Source of the DNA: Pseudomonadota bacterium
GTDB taxonomy: Bacteria; Pseudomonadota; Gammaproteobacteria; UBA12402
Assembly: GCA_038043025.1 (NCBI GenBank)
Contig: JBBTCW010000041.1
Location: 1 to 63,840, forward strand
Length of the DNA: 63,840 nt
Direction of reading: 5' to 3'
Below are positions 21,097 through 31,000 of this stretch, one piece after another. Positions within the stretch are counted from its first letter, which is position 1, and the number at the start of each line of letters is the position of its first letter. The position numbers were made by a program, and so were the translations under genes. The notes under the pieces are model-generated. The model ran no database searches. It saw nothing but the letters and a program-made list of their open reading frames with translations, and was not told the origin of the DNA.

Positions 21097-21106
21097 CGCA
21101 ACTCAT

Positions 21107-22054
21107 TTAATACGCCATCAATTTCTGATATCGCTCTTTGAGCACTTGATCAATCGGCTTCGCTTGTAATATCTTCAACTGTTCTTTCAACGCTTGTTTT
21201 AACCGCACCGCCATATCATCCACATCACGATGCGCGCCACCTAATGGCTCTCGCAACACGTGATCGATCAATCTTAATCGTGATAAATTAGCGGCCGTTA
21301 AACCTAACGCTTCTGCCGCCTCCGTGGCTTTATTAGAATCTTTCCATAAAATCGACGCGCAACCTTCAGGAGAAATCACCGAATAAACACTATATTGCAA
21401 CATCATAATGCAATCACCCACGCCAATCGCAAGCGCCCCACCAGACCCCCCTTCACCGGTAACCGTACAAATGATTGGCGTTTTTAATTGTGACATCATT
21501 TGTAAATTTCGCGCAATCGCTTCACTCTGATTATGTTCTTCTGCATCAATGCCCGGATCAGCACCCGGCGTATCAATAAATGTTAAGAGTGGTAATTGAA
21601 ATTTTTCAGCTAATTGCATAATGCGCAATGCTTTGCGATAAGCTTCGGGGCGCGGCATACCAAAATTACGTACGACCTTTTCCGTTGTTTTTCGCCCTTT
21701 TTGATGACCCAAAATCACCACCGATTCGCCATCCAAACGCGCTAATCCACCTACAATCGCTGACCCCCTTCCGTAATGACGATCGCCTTGCAATTCATCA
21801 AAATCTGTAAATATTTTTTCAATGTAATCCAACATATTAGGGCGTTGTGGATGTCTCGCAATTTGCACAACTTGCATCGGTTTTAAATCAGCAAAAATGG
21901 ATTGCGTTAACTGTTCGCATCGCTGCTCTAATTTAACAATTTCATGGGTAATATCGAGAGCGGTGCCATTTGTCATTTGTAAATTACGTAATTCTTCGAT
22001 TTTTGCTTGCAGCTCAGCAATGGGTTGCTCAAAAGTTAAAAAATCCAAATTCAT
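21107..22054 (-). CDS. accA: Acetyl-CoA carboxylase carboxyltransferase alpha subunit
   Basis: [22 protein letters not shown] matches the E. coli AccA N-terminus. Start at ATG 22052-22054. Confidence 0.95.
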   Translation of the reverse strand: MNLDFLTFEQPIAELQAKIEELRNLQMTNGTALDITHEIVKLEQRCEQLTQSIFADLKPMQVVQIARHPQRPNMLDYIEKIFTDFDELQGDRHYGRGSAIVGGLARLDGESVVILGHQKGRKTTEKVVRNFGMPRPEAYRKALRIMQLAEKFQLPLLTFIDTPGADPGIDAEEHNQSEAIARNLQMMSQLKTPIICTVTGEGGSGGALAIGVGDCIMMLQYSVYSVISPEGCASILWKDSNKATEAAEALGLTAANLSRLRLIDHVLREPLGGAHRDVDDMAVRLKQALKEQLKILQAKPIDQVLKERYQKLMAY

Positions 22055-22253
22055 AGCCATAATCCTATTTGTCCATATCTTGAGCACGAATTATACAGCG
22101 CTATGCCATCAAAAATCCACTTTATCAATCCTGTTTATACCGCAGTATCGCAAAAAAAACACAAAAAATATCCTCATTCGTATGGCAATGCCCAGAAAGC
22201 CATGCTAACAATATATAGAGGGAAGAAAAAACAACGGAAAGTGAGGTACTGGC

Positions 22254-22904
22254 ATGAACAGGAAGTTATGCGTTACAGGGATTAGCGCAGCCGTGCTGAC
22301 GTTCGCACTGGGCACAGTCATCACCGCTGCTGCATCATCGACGATCCAAAACTCTATCACGCGCCTTAAAAGCGTCTATATTGGCATGTTACTCGGCGCC
22401 ACTGAAACGCATTATGGCCTATCTGGATTTGATAGCCCAGCACAGAGCCAAGAAGTTGATAACGGTACCATCAACAGTTCCAATTTCGGCTATCGAGGCA
22501 TTTTAGGTTATCAATTCAATAATTATATTGCGGCCGAAGCGTCATACACCCGATACGGTACCACAACCGGCGATCATTTGGCCTATAGCAATGGTGGCTC
22601 AGCGAATGCGGCCGGTACGATTCGAGAATATTCAGCCGAACTCATGGGAAAATTCATGTATCCGCTGGCGCAAGAAGTCAATATTTTTGCGCGCGCAGGC
22701 GCTGCTTATATTCATTCACGCGCTAAAAATGACAGTGGTTTAAGTAAAACACGCAAAGCGATCTCTCCCGCATACGGCTTAGGCGTTGATTTCAATATCA
22801 CGAAGCAGTTTGTGATCGATATTTCTTATAATCAAGTGCACGGCAACAGTAAAATCCAACCCGCAGATTTATTTGGGTTAGGGTTTTATTATCATTTCTC
22901 CTAA
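22254..22904 (+). CDS. Small outer-membrane beta-barrel protein (OmpA-like/OMP_b-brl type)
   Basis: Signal peptide; alternating amphipathic strands with aromatic girdles; C-terminal ...GLGFYYHFS. Confidence 0.6.
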   Translation: MNRKLCVTGISAAVLTFALGTVITAAASSTIQNSITRLKSVYIGMLLGATETHYGLSGFDSPAQSQEVDNGTINSSNFGYRGILGYQFNNYIAAEASYTRYGTTTGDHLAYSNGGSANAAGTIREYSAELMGKFMYPLAQEVNIFARAGAAYIHSRAKNDSGLSKTRKAISPAYGLGVDFNITKQFVIDISYNQVHGNSKIQPADLFGLGFYYHFS

Positions 22905-23050
22905 TCCTCAGCTCAGAGATAAGCTGGTATTCATTGGTAGAATGGCATTTACCAGAAGTAATGATGAATTATTTTGAATCAGATGAACGTTTTGCGTCCT
23001 CTGAGGTGAGACATACTTGTACCCCTGAGCTTGATCAACCTGTTCGCATC
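22903..23050 (-). mobile_element. MITE-like family A element, copy A2 (reverse orientation, with a ~25-bp extra internal segment)
   Basis: AATCCTCAGCTCAGAG...GGCATTTACCAGAAGTAATGATGAATTATTT...CGTCCTCTGAGGTGAGAC...CCTGTTCGCATC is the reverse complement of A1/A3. Confidence 0.75.
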
Positions 23051-26000
23051 AACTCTTATCATAATCATAATGATACCCACACCAAAGATCTGAATCGGTT
23101 GCAGAACAGAAATTAGATGTGCTCGATGTTGGATGATCAAATCCAGCATGAGTTGCTCCAGACACTGGCACACTGGTCGCCGTTAACGGAAGCTGTGCAC
23201 CCGACGTCAATATATAATTGCAATATAAATTTTTAGCCGCAGGAAAGTCATAGCGAGCGGATTGTAGATGATCAAACCGTGTTTTTTTTCCAACAAAGGG
23301 TGCGCTAAAATCATAATGATTTTCCTTTTGATCCGTCACACGAACAGTCACTGGCCCCCCGCCGTCCGGGATATTCGCATTAATCTCCTCCACCGTTGGA
23401 CATTGAATATGCTGTGTCACTGATACCGCATTCACTGTAACCGTTAACACGGCCACTTTTACAGAAGTGCCGATCGTATTCGTACCCGATATGTCAATCG
23501 CATAATCTCCTGTCTTAATCGTCTTATCGAAACTGCCTTCTAATTTTATTCCATCAAACGTCAAATGAAATCCCGTCGGTTGCGACGTCACTTCATAACT
23601 TAAATTACCACTCTTCGTCGGATTACTAAATAATGCGGGCAAATCCACAGGCTTCTTAGGATCAATCGTCGTGCCCGCTTGAAATGGCGTTGAAATCTTT
23701 GCGTCTTGGTACCAAACCGGTGCGCCCGCAATGTCTAACGCAAAGTTTTGCGAATTAGATTTATCCGCCGTGTTGGTTGCGGCAATCGCTAAGGTTTCTT
23801 CAGACAGTGTCGCCTCGGTTGGTGTACCCGTTAACATCACTTTGGCTGTCTTCGGGCTCACTTGATCGACCGTTGCTGTTAACCCATGTTCCACCCAAGT
23901 CGCTTTACCAGCAATGGTGATATTAGAAACATCTCCAGAACCTGCAATAATATCGGCAATATCTGTCGCCGGTAACGCGGTATTCACCGTTAAGTGATCA
24001 ATCGGATGCACTGTGATAGTCGGCGCGACCGTTGCACTGGCCGTCACGGTCAATGTTGCCGCTTTTTCCGTCGTCTGATGCGCCGGATCGACTGATGTAC
24101 CATCATTATTATTACCTAAAATTTCAACGTGATACGTACCCGCCGCAACATTGGCATCCAAATTACCGGTTAATTGAGCACCTGAGATGGACAAATGAAA
24201 TCCGTTCGGTTGTGATTTAATGGAATAACTCAAATCACCACTCTTCAGCGGATTTTGGAATAAATCTAATGCGCTTAAATCAATCGCCGAAATATTTTCA
24301 CCCGGCACCCATGCATTTGTAATCGTCGCATTTTGTTTCCATAACGGTCGACCCGCCACATTTAATTGGAACGGTTGTGAATTGGTTTTGCTCGTCGAAT
24401 TGGTCGCTGCAATGGTTAACGTTTCTTCTGCAAATGTCGCATCGGTTGGTGTACCGCTTAACATGATTTTATCGGTCGTTACATCAACCGACACAACTGT
24501 CGCCGTTAATCCGTGCGCACTCCAAGTTGCATTGTCATCAATCGTCACCGACGAAATCGTCCCGCTACCCGCCGTAATATCAGCAATATCTGTCGCCGGT
24601 AATGCCGTTCCAACCGTCACATGATCAATGGGATTAATGGTAATCGTTGGATCCGTTGCGGCCGTCACGCTAACATGAATCGTTGCTGCTTTTACAGAAG
24701 TGCCGATCGTATTCGTACCCGATATTTCAATCGCATAATCTCCTGTCGCAATCGTATTATCTAAACTGCCTTTTAATTCTGTTCCATCAACCGTCAAATG
24801 AAATCCCGTCGGTTGCAACGCCACTTCATAACTTAAATTACCACTCTTCGTCGGATTACTAAATAAATCTAATGCGGTTAAACCCACGGGTGTAATCGTC
24901 GTGCCCGCTTCAAATGGCGTTGAAATCGTTGCATCTTGTTTCCAAACCGGTGCGCCCGCAATATTAAGATAAAAGTTATTGGATACAGGAAGCCCTGCCG
25001 TATTAGTCGCATCGAGTTTCAATGTTTCTTCTGAAAACGTCGCATCGGTTGGCGTACCGCTTAACATGATTTTATCGGTCGTTGCATTGACCGACACAAC
25101 TGTCGCCGTTAATCCGTGCGCGCTCCAAGTTGCATGATCATTAATCGTCACCGATGAAATCGTCCCGCTGCCAGCGGTAATGTCTGCAATATCTGTCGCC
25201 GGCAACGCGGCATTTACCGTGAAGTGATCAATGGGATGTACCGTTATGGTAGGCGGCGTCGGCGTGCCGATTTCAATCGGAATAACAATTGCATCGGCAC
25301 TCTCTCCGGCAAAGTTGCTGGCTTTTACAGCGACATTATATTCCATATTATCAGTAGCAGGTGTTCCAGTAATAGAAAACGTATTGGCGCCTTTATCATA
25401 GACAGCCGTTAATCCAGAATTTTTTAATATGCCATTATTAATGGCATTGGTATTAAAAGTCGTGCTATTGAGCGCGCTATTCGGATCAAAAAACATGCCC
25501 TTGGAACTCGTCAAATCATCATAATTAAGCGCCTGCGTACTGTACCTAAATGCCTCGCCTTGCTTTGCTTTTTGTGTCGGCACCGGTTGTGGAAAATTCG
25601 GATTCACGTAAGGCGCATCTGACACGCCCGGTGCTTTTTTCTTAGTGGTAAGCAAAGGCGGTATCAAAGACACCGGTGCCGCCACTGTCGCTTCATCACG
25701 CACGGCCAACACTTGATCCATATGCACCGCCGGTTGGCCTGTCCAATCGGACAAATCACCCGGCGCATCTTGTGTAGACAAGTTATAAAGCGCCGGTGCC
25801 GTTTTTGTATCTCCATCCAAACTATAATTTAAATTTAAACTCGCTTGCGTATCATTATTTGTCCCCGTTTGTGCAATCAAACGATCACCGGATAACACAA
25901 CTTCAAGCTGCGAACCAGCCGCACTCGGCACCAACCAAGAAACACCGACTTTATAATCATCATACGGTTTACGATTGCTCGCCAATAATTGTAATTTGAC

Positions 26001-26753
26001 ACGCTTTGATAAAAGCTGATTAAGACTGACGGTTGCGCCCAACCCCGAGGCGTTTTTCGCATCGTTGTCGCTATAACGCGCATTATAATTTACATTATCA
26101 TAATTTAATTGCAATCCAATCAACGTAGAAGGCAAAGGTCGCACATCAACACCTGCGCTTGCGCCCATATCCGTTGCGCCCGCAACATGCCGTAAATTCG
26201 TCACCGTCGTGCTCGACGCATTTACATAATTTTTGTCGCGTAACGTTTCGCTAATCGCACGACTGTACATCGCATTTAAATTAAGATCTTGAACCAGTTT
26301 ATTAGATATAAGATATTGATATGTCAAGCCATAGGCCGGTTGATTCACCCATTCACCGGTTTTGCCCGAGGCAAAATTAAAATCGATATTTTGCGCCAGA
26401 TTTTCAGCGGTTACTTTTACGCGTTGATGATGGGTTAATGCGCGCGCCGCTGTTGCATCAATACGGCGTTGATTGGCGCCATATTCTGCCCCGATTGAAA
26501 TCGCATTATGTTTAAAAATGGATTGCGTGAAACGACCTTGAAAAATAGCGCCGAATGTTTCACTATATTGCAGCCCGAGCGACAAAGGGCTATGCAAGCC
26601 AAACATGTCTGACGTTAAATTAAGTGTAGGATCTTGCGTCACAACAACTTGTTGCTGCGGGACAACGCGCGGGCTGGATACCGCGCCCACGATAATCGGG
26701 CTCATTAAAAGCAAGAATAAAATAGACGCTATTCTTCTCATTATTTTTTTCAC
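23049..26753 (-). CDS. Large surface protein: signal peptide + N-terminal beta-barrel-like region + Ig-like (putative-Ig/He_PIG-like) repeats + Cys-containing C-terminal domain
   Basis: 1,234 aa. MKKIMRRIASILFLLLMSPIIVGA signal. Residues ~30-330 are rich in alternating beta-strand patterns. 'SGTPTDATF' / 'TGTPATD' Ig-like hallmarks. Three ~205-aa tandem units. The last ~130 aa contain 4 Cys. Confidence 0.7.
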   Translation of the reverse strand: MKKIMRRIASILFLLLMSPIIVGAVSSPRVVPQQQVVVTQDPTLNLTSDMFGLHSPLSLGLQYSETFGAIFQGRFTQSIFKHNAISIGAEYGANQRRIDATAARALTHHQRVKVTAENLAQNIDFNFASGKTGEWVNQPAYGLTYQYLISNKLVQDLNLNAMYSRAISETLRDKNYVNASSTTVTNLRHVAGATDMGASAGVDVRPLPSTLIGLQLNYDNVNYNARYSDNDAKNASGLGATVSLNQLLSKRVKLQLLASNRKPYDDYKVGVSWLVPSAAGSQLEVVLSGDRLIAQTGTNNDTQASLNLNYSLDGDTKTAPALYNLSTQDAPGDLSDWTGQPAVHMDQVLAVRDEATVAAPVSLIPPLLTTKKKAPGVSDAPYVNPNFPQPVPTQKAKQGEAFRYSTQALNYDDLTSSKGMFFDPNSALNSTTFNTNAINNGILKNSGLTAVYDKGANTFSITGTPATDNMEYNVAVKASNFAGESADAIVIPIEIGTPTPPTITVHPIDHFTVNAALPATDIADITAGSGTISSVTINDHATWSAHGLTATVVSVNATTDKIMLSGTPTDATFSEETLKLDATNTAGLPVSNNFYLNIAGAPVWKQDATISTPFEAGTTITPVGLTALDLFSNPTKSGNLSYEVALQPTGFHLTVDGTELKGSLDNTIATGDYAIEISGTNTIGTSVKAATIHVSVTAATDPTITINPIDHVTVGTALPATDIADITAGSGTISSVTIDDNATWSAHGLTATVVSVDVTTDKIMLSGTPTDATFAEETLTIAATNSTSKTNSQPFQLNVAGRPLWKQNATITNAWVPGENISAIDLSALDLFQNPLKSGDLSYSIKSQPNGFHLSISGAQLTGNLDANVAAGTYHVEILGNNNDGTSVDPAHQTTEKAATLTVTASATVAPTITVHPIDHLTVNTALPATDIADIIAGSGDVSNITIAGKATWVEHGLTATVDQVSPKTAKVMLTGTPTEATLSEETLAIAATNTADKSNSQNFALDIAGAPVWYQDAKISTPFQAGTTIDPKKPVDLPALFSNPTKSGNLSYEVTSQPTGFHLTFDGIKLEGSFDKTIKTGDYAIDISGTNTIGTSVKVAVLTVTVNAVSVTQHIQCPTVEEINANIPDGGGPVTVRVTDQKENHYDFSAPFVGKKTRFDHLQSARYDFPAAKNLYCNYILTSGAQLPLTATSVPVSGATHAGFDHPTSSTSNFCSATDSDLWCGYHYDYDKS
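23425..25255 (-). repeat. Three intragenic tandem repeat units (~600-625 nt each) within the surface protein gene
   Basis: Unit starts (PTIT[VI][HN]PIDH) at ~25253, ~24650 and ~24025. 60-nt stretches such as 23456-23515 vs 24689-24748 differ at one position. Confidence 0.85.
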
Positions 26754-26785
26754 TCCGTGATATTTTTTTTGTACCTGACAATAAA

Positions 26786-27811
26786 TTAAATAAACGTCAA
26801 CGGCACTTTCACATTGAGCATCACAAAACCATTATTTTGCGTATCGCCATGCAAATGCGCAGGCGTGCTGTTATTTACGTTGGGTGTAATCACAACAGGT
26901 TTGTAACCCCAGCGATCTAACCCGCCCGTCAATTCAACTGCAACACCATTCGGATTGCCCTTAAAGTTATAATCAAGACCGGCTGTTAAAATCGTCCGGT
27001 AGGTAATGCCCATGCCATCATGGTCCCTAACAATACGCGTATTAAAACTACCGGCAGGCCTAGACACGGGATCTTGCCGAGCAGATAAATCCGCCTTTGC
27101 ATGTAATAATTGTGCTTCAACATCGGTAAAGGCAGCTAAGTTTGTTGTTAAATTGTATGTTAAACGATTACCAAAGCTCGGACCGTAATATTTGGCATCA
27201 ATCGTATATTTTTCAGTATCCGTTTGATACGCCGGTGCGGCATACGCAATAAAATACCGATAAAAATCACGATAGCCCGTATACACCACTCCCACATAAG
27301 GCGTCAGCGTCACTTTTGGATTAGTAGTATAACGATGGCTTTTAAAATATAACCCGACATTCGTTCGACGTTGTCGATCACTTAATTTTAAATTATGTAA
27401 CAGTAAATTCGAATTATCACCCAGCATGCCGCCTGTATCAATAAAATACATCGAACCTCTTCCTGGATTACCATTCGTTATTCTATGCACCTTATTCAAA
27501 TAATCCGCTTTGAGCTCAACCAATTGTTCATTGCCAAATAAACGCGTAAATACATTGTCGCTACAATTTAAAAATTGATACCCCAGTCCTAAACTCCACT
27601 GCGGTGTAATGCCATTGTTCGTCATTTTAACAAGCGGCGCATTGCCACCCGATACCGTCCCCAATTTAAATTCACTATTATTTAAATAATAAGCAGACGA
27701 CCCCAATTCAACAAACGGGTGATTGTATTGGCTGCTCACAAGTTGAAAATCGGCGAATGCCATGGAGGAAAATAAAAGCGAAAAAATACTAATAATGACT
27801 TTTTTAATCAT
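26786..27811 (-). CDS. Outer-membrane beta-barrel protein (porin-like), first gene of the pair with the large surface protein
   Basis: Start at ATG 27809-27811 (MIKKVIISIFSLLFSSMAFA signal). Beta-strand periodicity throughout; C-terminal ...LNVKVPLTFI. 33-nt gap to the next gene. Confidence 0.6.
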   Translation of the reverse strand: MIKKVIISIFSLLFSSMAFADFQLVSSQYNHPFVELGSSAYYLNNSEFKLGTVSGGNAPLVKMTNNGITPQWSLGLGYQFLNCSDNVFTRLFGNEQLVELKADYLNKVHRITNGNPGRGSMYFIDTGGMLGDNSNLLLHNLKLSDRQRRTNVGLYFKSHRYTTNPKVTLTPYVGVVYTGYRDFYRYFIAYAAPAYQTDTEKYTIDAKYYGPSFGNRLTYNLTTNLAAFTDVEAQLLHAKADLSARQDPVSRPAGSFNTRIVRDHDGMGITYRTILTAGLDYNFKGNPNGVAVELTGGLDRWGYKPVVITPNVNNSTPAHLHGDTQNNGFVMLNVKVPLTFI

Positions 27812-27977
27812 AGCCCTACCCCTTCGGTTTATCGGGTGCCGATACAAACCATTTCGATGTGTTATTTCTCAAGGATGTGGTCAAAATTTGATCATCTCAT
27901 TTCGGCTGACATAATATTAAGCAATTTTACATCTTTCTGCAATAGCTTACAGCATCATTCTCAAAAAAACTTACATT

Positions 27978-28042
27978 GCAGCTCTGAGCTGCTGCTAGGC
28001 AGTCATGGCAAGGGTTTTAGAGGACTTCTAAGCTCAGAGCTG
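27978..28042. repeat. 65-nt hairpin with family-A-like termini (CAGCTCTGAGCTG ... CTCAGAGCTG)
   Basis: Inverted repeat read directly, upstream of dnaE. Confidence 0.6.
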
Positions 28043-28096
28043 AAATGATAGAGTGAAAAACTGTTCATCGACGCATGAAATGGATATCATTAACGT

Positions 28097-31000
28097 ATGA
28101 CGCAGCCATTTGTTCATCTCCATATTCATTCGGAATACTCCATCATCGATGGCGTCGTGCGGATTGATGAGTTGATGCGAAAAACGCTCGAACTCCAACT
28201 CCCCGCGTTAGCGCTGACCGATCATGCCAACCTATTTGGTCTGATTAAATTTTATCGCGCCGCATTGGCCGCAAAGATTAAACCCATTATTGGCAGTGAA
28301 GTGTGGATTGAAAATAATCGCGATGCGCAAAAGCCGTATCGTTTAATATTATTATGCCAAAGTGAACCCGGTTATAAAAATCTCATCAAATTAATTTCCA
28401 AAGCGTATGTCGAAGGACAACAACATGGAAAAGCGGTGTTACGCTTAGACTGGCTTCGACCCGATCGTTGCGAAGGTTTGATTGCTTTATCCGCTGGTTG
28501 TGAAGGCGACATCGGTCAATTACTGATTGCCAATAAAACGATTCACGCAAAACAATGCTTAGAATTTTGGATGCAGCATTTTCCCAATCGATTTTATTTA
28601 GAATTGCATCGCGTTGGCCATCCCTTTGAAGATTTATATATTCGTCGCGCTTTAGATTTAGCCAACGAATACCATCTGCCAGTTGTTGCAACAAATAACG
28701 TGCATTTTCTCACAAAAGAAGACTTCGAAGCACATGAAGCCAAAGTTTGTATTCACGAGGGCTGGCTGTTATCTGATAGAAAACGCCCGCATTTATATAC
28801 GGAACAACAATATCTAAAATCATCACAAGAAATGATTGAGTTGTTTGCCGATATTCCCGAGGCGATCGAAAACACCGTTGAAATTGCCAAACGCTGCTCT
28901 GTTCAGTTAATATTAAATCAAGTCTCTTTACCCAAATTTCCCGTCCCTGATCAACAATGTAGTTTAGATGACTATTTCGCGCAAGTAGCAAGAGCGGGTT
29001 ATGAAAAACGTTTAGGCATGTTATTCGATGTCACTGCCCATGATTTTACCGAAAAACGCAAACCGTATGATGATCGATTACAACGCGAAATTGACGTGAT
29101 CATTCAGATGGGTTTTGCCGGCTATTTTTTAATTGTAGCGGACTTTATTCAATGGGCAAAAGAAAATGGCGTGCCCGTCGGCCCAGGACGTGGTTCGGGC
29201 GCAGGATCATTGGTCGCTTACTCCTTAAAAATTACCGATCTCGATCCCTTAAAATTTGATTTACTGTTCGAACGTTTTTTAAATCCAGAACGCGTCTCCA
29301 TGCCTGACTTTGATATCGATTTTTGTATGGACGGGCGCGACCGCGTCATTGAATATGTCGCACAAAAATACGGACGACGCTCTGTTTCACAAATCATTAC
29401 CTACGGCACGATGGCAGCAAAAGCGGTTGTGCGCGATGTCGGTCGCGTACTCGGTCATCCTTATGGATTTGTCGATCAACTGGCGAAATTAATTCCCTTT
29501 GAACTCGGCATGACGCTCAACAAAGCGATGGATAACGAAGCATTATTGCGCGAACGTTATCAACAAGAAGAAGAAGTCCGCGTCTTAATTGATTTGGCTA
29601 AAAAGCTCGAGGGATTAACGCGCAATGTCGGCAAACATGCAGGCGGTGTCGTCATCGCGTCCACAAAATTAACGGATTTTGCGCCGCTCTATTGTGAGCC
29701 TGGCAGTACTGTGTTAGTGACGCAATTTGATAAACATGATGTCGAAGCGGTGGGTCTTGTCAAATTCGACTTTTTAGGATTGCGCACGCTGACCATTATT
29801 GATGGAGCCGTACGCGCCATCAACAAACATAAAGCAGAATTAAAGACGCCTGCGGCGTCTCTGGATCCCGCGGTCAAGCCGCGGGATGACAAAAATGATC
29901 CATTAGATATTTCTCTCATCCCGATCGATGATCCTTTCACCTTTAAATTATTAAAAGCCTGCCAAACCACGGCGATCTTTCAATTAGAATCCCGTGGCAT
30001 GCGCGATTTAGTAAAACGATTGCAGCCCGATTGTTTTGAAGATATTGTCACGCTCGTTGCGCTCTTTCGCCCGGGTCCCTTGCAATCCGGCATGGTCGAT
30101 GATTTTATCGATCGCAAACACGGCCATGCGCAAGTCGTCTATCCTCATGCGAAATTAGTACCGATATTACGACCGACGTATGGTATTATTTTATATCAAG
30201 AACAAGTCATGCAAATCGCGCAAGTGCTCGCGGGTTATTCTCTGGGCAGCGCCGATATTTTACGTAAAGCCATGGGCAAAAAAGACCCCGTCGAGATGGC
30301 GAAACAACGCAAGAAATTTGTAACGGGCGCGGTTGCGCGCGATGTCCCTGAAATTCGCGCCAATTTTATTTTTGACTTAATGGAAAAATTTGCCGGCTAT
30401 GGCTATAACAAATCCCACTCCGCTGCGTATGCTTTGTTAGCATATCAAACCGCTTGGCTCAAAACACATTACCCCGCCGAATTTATGGCGGCGGTCTTAT
30501 CGTCTGATATGGACAACACTGACAAATTAGTTCGCTTTGTCGAAGAATGCCAAGCCATGAAATTAGAAATTACGCCGCCTTCTATTAACTATAGCGATTA
30601 TCGTTTTAGAGTTGTCGACGGTAAAATTATTTATGGATTAGGTGCGATTAAAGGTGTCGGCGAAGCCGCGGTCGAGGCTGTTTTAGCCGCACAAAAAAGC
30701 GGTGATCCCTTTGTGGATTTATTTGATTTTTGTCGACGCGTGGATTTGCGCAAAGTGAATCATCGCGTTATGGAAATCTTAATTAAAGCAGGCGCCATGG
30801 ATCAATTTGATATCCATCGCGCAGCTTTGTTAGCCACACTGAATAATGCCGTGCGCGGCGCCGAACAATATTTGCGTGATAAAGAAAACGGACAAAACGA
30901 TTTGTTTGGCGGTGATTATGAGATGCCCATTGAGCATCAGCAAACTTATACGCAGGTATCCACGTGGTCTGATCGCGAACGTTTAGCGGGCGAAAAAGAA

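Noticed and set aside
20916-21101. ORF-track ORFs that lie wholly in repeat DNA (20916-21101, 43121-43369, 43219-43422, 59047-59298, 59019-59201, 22934-23116, 22979-23173, 31629-31997, 31652-32041, 9547-9762)
   Set aside because: Their sequences are translations of REP/MITE copies (for example [14 protein letters not shown] appears in two of them, and ESDERFASSEV in two others). They lack SD sequences and overlap better-supported genes or elements.
29840-29900. Intein or mobile intron in dnaE
   Set aside because: The insertion is only ~11-16 residues, has no intein splice motifs, and matches a REP family at DNA level.
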